This document shows, piece by piece, positions 33,577 to 37,297 of a stretch of 37,297 nt of DNA. The notes beneath the pieces are model-generated. The model saw only the letters and a program-made list of their open reading frames with translations, made no database searches and was not told the origin of the DNA. The DNA is from Bacillota bacterium (GTDB lineage Bacteria; Bacillota; Dehalobacteriia; UBA4068): positions 1 to 37,297 of the forward strand of contig WRKD01000230.1 in the NCBI GenBank assembly GCA_009778255.1. Direction: 5' to 3'. Positions within the stretch are counted from its first letter, which is position 1, and every line of letters starts with the position of its first letter. The position numbers and the translations under genes were made by a program.

Positions 33577-35085
33577 ATGAAAATCAGCTTGGATATTGTT
33601 TTTATTTGGACATTCGCGGTTTCTTTATCCGGCGTAATGTCTGCGCTTATTTGCGGCATAACTTTAAAAAGTAGATATACGAAATCAGTTGCCTTTTGGG
33701 GATATGCGCTTGCTTTTATTATCGGTTTTTTAATATCGTTTCTGCTGTATAATTCTAATATTTCGAACGATTTTGGCGGAATCGTTGTAATGTCTGTTTT
33801 AATCTGGATAGCCTGCCTGATAGTGAGTGCGGGGCATTGGTCATCAAAGTGGTTTGTCGCGATAATGGCAACACTCATTTCCAATGTATCGACTTTTTTT
33901 ATCTGCGGCCCAACCCTTAGTTTTATTGACGAAACGACAAACCCATATAATATTATAACCATTTCAATTTTTATTGGACTAAAAATAGTTTTATTTACAA
34001 TATTATTTGTCTTATATAAAATTAAGCTGAGGGAAAAGGTGCATAAGGTTATTGATGCTTTGAGCGGTAAAATGAGCAGTTATTTGCCTGTTGCGATCGT
34101 ATCATTTTTTGGATTCTATATAATCAATGTTATCACAAATAATATGGGAATAATCCCTTCCGCCATAACTATAGGTCAAATTAATCAAATAATAACCCTG
34201 CCGGATAGCTTGGAGCTCCGCTATATTTTTATTGCTCTTTACGGCGTCATAAGTCTTATTTTCATTCTGGAGTTCTGGCAAATGTTCGCTTCCGTTTTTT
34301 GGTCCTCACGCGCTCATAAAACAGAAGCTGAGTTAAACATTGCTAATAAAATTCAGCAGGACATGCTGCCCTGCATTTTCCCCGCATTCCCGGATCGCGC
34401 CGATTTTGATATATATGCCAGTATGCAGCCTGTGAAAGAAGTTGGCGGTGATTTTTATGATTTCTTCCTAGTTAATGACAATACACTTGCTGTGGTTATT
34501 GCCGATGTCTCTGATAAAGGCATACCCGCCGCGCTGTTTATGGTTATTACCAAAACCCTCATAAAAAACACCTCCCTTTCCGGCAAAAGCCCCAAGGAAG
34601 TTTTTGAAACCGTTAATAATATGCTTTGCGAAAATAATGAAGCCGGTATGTTTGTTACAGCATTTTTGGGTTTTCTTGATATTATCAGTGGAAAATTCAC
34701 TTATGTCAACGCAGGGCACAACTTACCGTTGCTGCGCTCCGGTAGTACCAATTCTACAAACAGGCGCTTTGACTGGTTGAAGGCCAAGCCTGGTTTTGTG
34801 CTGGCCGGTATGGAAGATATGTTTTATAAGCAAGAGGAAATTATTTTAAGGCCAGGGGACGAATTATTCTTATATACTGACGGTGTGACCGAGGCTGCAA
34901 ACCGCGAAAGCAAGTTATTTGGCTCCCCTCGTCTGATTGAAACGGCGAATGAGTATCTTGATTTGCCATTAAAGGAATTTACAATATCTATAAAACGAAA
35001 AATAGAAGAATTCGCTAATGGCGCCGAGCAGGCGGATGACATTACCATGCTTGCTTTACGGTATAAAGGGAAAGGCACGAGTTGA
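33577..35085 (+). CDS. Membrane-anchored PP2C/SpoIIE-family serine phosphatase (RsbU/SpoIIE-like) with multi-TM N-terminal domain
   Basis: The N-terminal ~250 aa are hydrophobic, with roughly 7-8 TM segments. The PPM domain has EVGGDFYDF, VIADVSDKGIPAALFM, NAGHN, LFLYTDGVTEA and ADDITMLAL. AAAGGA lies 6 nt upstream of the ATG. Confidence 0.85.
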   Translation: MKISLDIVFIWTFAVSLSGVMSALICGITLKSRYTKSVAFWGYALAFIIGFLISFLLYNSNISNDFGGIVVMSVLIWIACLIVSAGHWSSKWFVAIMATLISNVSTFFICGPTLSFIDETTNPYNIITISIFIGLKIVLFTILFVLYKIKLREKVHKVIDALSGKMSSYLPVAIVSFFGFYIINVITNNMGIIPSAITIGQINQIITLPDSLELRYIFIALYGVISLIFILEFWQMFASVFWSSRAHKTEAELNIANKIQQDMLPCIFPAFPDRADFDIYASMQPVKEVGGDFYDFFLVNDNTLAVVIADVSDKGIPAALFMVITKTLIKNTSLSGKSPKEVFETVNNMLCENNEAGMFVTAFLGFLDIISGKFTYVNAGHNLPLLRSGSTNSTNRRFDWLKAKPGFVLAGMEDMFYKQEEIILRPGDELFLYTDGVTEAANRESKLFGSPRLIETANEYLDLPLKEFTISIKRKIEEFANGAEQADDITMLALRYKGKGTS

Positions 35086-35097
35086 TAAGTAATTATT

Positions 35098-35577
35098 CTA
35101 CGCAACTTTTTTTTTAATCAGCAATATATTTTTATTATCCTCATAGCGATACTTTATGGCGTCTGCTATACTCTTTACCAAAAGAATACCTAATCCGCCA
35201 ACCTCCCGTTTTTCCGCGTCCAGTGTTATATCGGGGTCGTCTTTTTCAAGTGGGTTATAGGGTTTACCGCAGTCCTCGAATTCGATAATAACTTCATCAC
35301 CGACAGCTATACGAATTGCTACATTTCCAGCTGCTGTAGAAGGTTGTTCTCTTGGCAAACTGCTTGCCCAGGTATCTTCGCTATATGCATAATACACAAT
35401 ATTAACAAATATTTCTTCCACAACAAGAGCAAGTTGTGTTTGCAACTTCGCGGTGCAATTGCAGGCTGCCAATTCCCCAGTAATGAAATCCTTTACGGCA
35501 TCTAGGTTTTCTATTTTAGCTGTGGTTACAAACTCTTTTAAATTAATAAGGTTGTTTATATCCTTATTTTTTGGCAT
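35098..35577 (-). CDS. Anti-sigma-factor-type serine kinase (HATPase_c; RsbW/SpoIIAB-like)
   Basis: LALVVEEIFVNIVYYAY (N-box region), FEDCGKPYNP and GGLGILLVKSIADAIKY (G-boxes). The ATG at 35577 lies 9 nt after AAGGAG. The tracked longer start would overlap the STAS gene. Confidence 0.8.
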   Translation of the reverse strand: MPKNKDINNLINLKEFVTTAKIENLDAVKDFITGELAACNCTAKLQTQLALVVEEIFVNIVYYAYSEDTWASSLPREQPSTAAGNVAIRIAVGDEVIIEFEDCGKPYNPLEKDDPDITLDAEKREVGGLGILLVKSIADAIKYRYEDNKNILLIKKKVA

Positions 35578-35626
35578 AACATAAAACTCCTTATTACTAT
35601 TGCTGCCCAACTGTTGACTGGTATGA

Positions 35627-35926
35627 TCATTCAAAATTCAATACACTGGAAAACCCGGTTATTTCGAACACTTCCATAATATCTGGTGATACATTTACAA
35701 GAGTTTGCCGGCTGCCTTTTGTTTTTGCTGCTTTCTCACCCATAAGTAATATGCGTAGCCCTGCCGATGAAACAAAAATAAGCTTAGCGAAATCAAGCTC
35801 AATATGCTCTGCATTGCTGATTTCGGGGAGAAGAATTTCCTGTAATTTAGGGGATGTGGTAGTATCTAGCCTGCCAGATAAGACAATTGTTGTTTTTTCT
35901 TCATTGTGGATTACATTAATATTCAA
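35627..35926 (-). CDS. STAS-domain anti-sigma-factor antagonist (SpoIIAA/RsbV-like), copy 2
   Basis: TIVLSGRLDTTTSPKLQE...LDFAKLIFVSSAGLRILL...QTLVNVSPDIMEVFEITGFSSVL. The TTG start follows AGGAGAGGA by 5 nt. It lies directly upstream of the RsbW-like kinase gene. Confidence 0.85.
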   Translation of the reverse strand: MNINVIHNEEKTTIVLSGRLDTTTSPKLQEILLPEISNAEHIELDFAKLIFVSSAGLRILLMGEKAAKTKGSRQTLVNVSPDIMEVFEITGFSSVLNFE

Positions 35927-36017
35927 ATTTATCCTCTCCTACCCCTCAAATTCATGCAATAAAAATTAAAATTTCCCCTCAATGCCCTAGAGAATTAGTG
36001 CAAAGGGGTAAAACTAT

Positions 36018-36236
36018 CTACTTGTTTTTCTGAAATTCCTCCGATTTATCGCAGTGTTCCGTGGTGCTAGCCAGACCGCCGCCTACTTTATCAAACTTTT
36101 CTATAGATAGCGTGTCAGATGGCGTATCGGCATTTCGAGACAGGCGCACCAAAATTTTCTCCCAAACAGCCTTCTCGCGCCCTGCGGAAAAATCAATGGC
36201 ATTAAATAATTTTTCTATTTCAAAAAACTTATTCAT
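36018..36236 (-). CDS. 72-aa peptide with double-glycine-type leader motif (candidate PCAT substrate / RiPP-like precursor or signal peptide)
   Basis: MNKFFEIEKLFNAIDFSAGREKAVWEKILVRLSRNADTPSDTLSIEKFDKVGGG|LASTTEHCDKSEEFQKNK. LSIEKFDKVGGG places hydrophobic residues at -12, -7 and -4 relative to GG, as in double-glycine leaders. GAGGA lies 7 nt upstream of the ATG. It is the first gene of the minus-strand operon. Function is inferred, not demonstrated. Confidence 0.55.
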   Translation of the reverse strand: MNKFFEIEKLFNAIDFSAGREKAVWEKILVRLSRNADTPSDTLSIEKFDKVGGGLASTTEHCDKSEEFQKNK

Positions 36237-36647
36237 AGTTTTTCCTCGTTCTTTTGTTTCGGAGGATAATATAAATGCCCAATAAAGTCCTTAACAGAAA
36301 ACTTTAGAGTAGTTCCTGCAAAAAACTCTTTCTAGCTATAACTACATTCTTTTTTGAAGAGTATTACATGGTATTCCCACATTTGTTTTATTTATAATTA
36401 TGAGCATTGGCATTTGCTATCTCTAAATCAAATGTATCTCCGTTTTTTGATACAACAATATTACCATACCTGTTTATGATTAGCAAATTTATTCGGAACG
36501 ATTTCAGCCATTTATTTTCTAAAAAAGTAATATGTAATACTTTCAAACAAAGTGAGTAGTTATTAATGTTAAGCGGATAAATATGTTTATCCAAGGCAAG
36601 CAGAACAGTATACCACGTACAACCATCGTAAGTACCGGAGGTGATAA

Positions 36648-37297
36648 ATGAATACAAACGACGTCAGAAGAAAGGCGGAGTTGCTGTCAAGCTTTATGGT
36701 ATCCGCGCGCAGGCATTTACATAAATATCCTGAGCTGAGCGGGGAAGAATACAATACACAGAAGTATTTAGAGTCATTTCTTAAAGATGAGGGCGTGGAA
36801 TATAGAAAAGTGGCAAATACAGGTCTTGTCGCAATCATACACGGGTGTGTGGGCAGCGGATGTGTCGCATTGCGCTCCGATATTGATGCGTTGCCACTCG
36901 AAGAAGAAACCGATGTTCCGTATCGTTCAGTCAATGCAGGCGTGATGCACGCCTGCGGACATGATGCTCATACCGCGATCGGCATGGGTGCCGTAAAATT
37001 CTTTAACGATAACCGAGACAGTTTTCGGGGCGCGATTAAATTTTTCTTCCAACCCGCCGAGGAAGGATTGGGCGGGGCGAAGCGCATGATCGAAGAAGGA
37101 TGCATGGAAAATCCGCATGTAGATTACTGCCTGGGCCTTCATGTGCAGCCATATCTTCGATATAATCAGGTGCAGGTAAAAAATGGCGAGATGTATGCTT
37201 CCGTTGATGGCATGCTTATCACGGTCAAAGGGGTGGGGGGGCATGGAGCTTACCCTAACTTCTGCGCAGACACCGTAGTGGCGGCTGCCTACGTCAT
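36648..37297 (+). CDS. M20-family amidohydrolase (N-acyl-amino-acid amidohydrolase / hippurate hydrolase-like), 5' partial that runs off the window
   Basis: Not in the ORF track because no stop is reached. The ATG at 36648 follows GGAGGTG. My translation: MNTNDVRRKAELLSSFMVSARRHLHKYPELSGEEYNTQKYLESFLKDEGVEYRKVANTGLVAII...ALRSDIDALPLEEETDVPYRSVNAGVMHACGHDAHTAIGMGA...IKFFFQPAEEGLGGAKRMIEEG. These are M20D hallmarks (HxxPEL, DALP, HACGHD, QPAEE). Confidence 0.85.
   Translation, partial: MNTNDVRRKAELLSSFMVSARRHLHKYPELSGEEYNTQKYLESFLKDEGVEYRKVANTGLVAIIHGCVGSGCVALRSDIDALPLEEETDVPYRSVNAGVMHACGHDAHTAIGMGAVKFFNDNRDSFRGAIKFFFQPAEEGLGGAKRMIEEGCMENPHVDYCLGLHVQPYLRYNQVQVKNGEMYASVDGMLITVKGVGGHGAYPNFCADTVVAAAYV

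Noticed and set aside
36388-36657. 89-aa minus-strand ORF upstream of the 72-aa peptide gene
   Set aside because: Its only Met start overlaps the RBS and start of the divergent M20 amidohydrolase gene. I see no RBS, no GG motif and no recognisable domain, and the composition is that of an AT-rich intergenic region. Most likely spurious.
36587-37244. Two minus-strand ORFs (36587..36934 and 36927..37244)
   Set aside because: They are antisense to a plus-strand frame that carries clear M20 amidohydrolase motifs. Their products are low-complexity or Cys/His-rich with no recognisable features.
1-37297. Search for CRISPR arrays, rRNA genes, intact IS elements or transposases, toxin-antitoxin pairs and canonical defence systems
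   Set aside because: I found no regularly spaced direct repeats and no rRNA-like sequence. No intact transposase or integrase is present, only remnants, and I recognised no restriction-modification, Cas, retron reverse-transcriptase or CBASS-type genes. The DUF4143 ATPase is common in accessory DNA, but on its own it is not evidence of a defence system.

Overview
The window looks like a Firmicutes chromosome, Clostridia- or Negativicutes-like, judged from strong GGAGG-type ribosome-binding sites (RBS), copper-amine-oxidase-N-like 'stalk' lipoprotein domains and the divIC/yabR-type gene order. It has three parts. (1) 1-12.6 kb is mostly housekeeping: an LRR lipoprotein, a DnaJ-like protein, a ThiF/MoeB-type E1-like enzyme, two tandem signal peptidase I paralogues with long coiled-coil/proline-rich N-terminal extensions, a small LuxR/GerE-type HTH protein, a DivIC/FtsB-like protein, an S1-domain protein, a Ppx/GppA phosphatase, and hom-thrB-aspartokinase. 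(2) tRNA-Ser(GGA) at 12702-12790 is followed by about 7 kb of decayed accessory DNA. It holds a YozG-like HTH + DUF2975 pair, a LytTR + DUF3021 + ABC-2 exporter operon, a DUF4143 AAA ATPase, several gene remnants and a tyrosine-recombinase 3' remnant with an in-frame stop. (3) 20.07-36.24 kb is the most interesting part. One long plus-strand gene string encodes an Sfp-type PPTase, an NHLM-type exporter triad (HlyD-like protein, C39-peptidase ABC, second ABC with a cNMP-binding-like N-domain), an orphan HExxH protein, an ECF-type sigma factor, a STAS protein, a single-module C-A-T-R NRPS and a multi-TM PP2C phosphatase. It converges on a minus-strand operon encoding a 72-aa peptide with a double-glycine-type leader motif, a second STAS protein and an RsbW-like kinase. 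I do not recognise this combination as a described system. A partial M20 amidohydrolase gene runs off the right edge. No CRISPR array, rRNA or intact transposase was seen.
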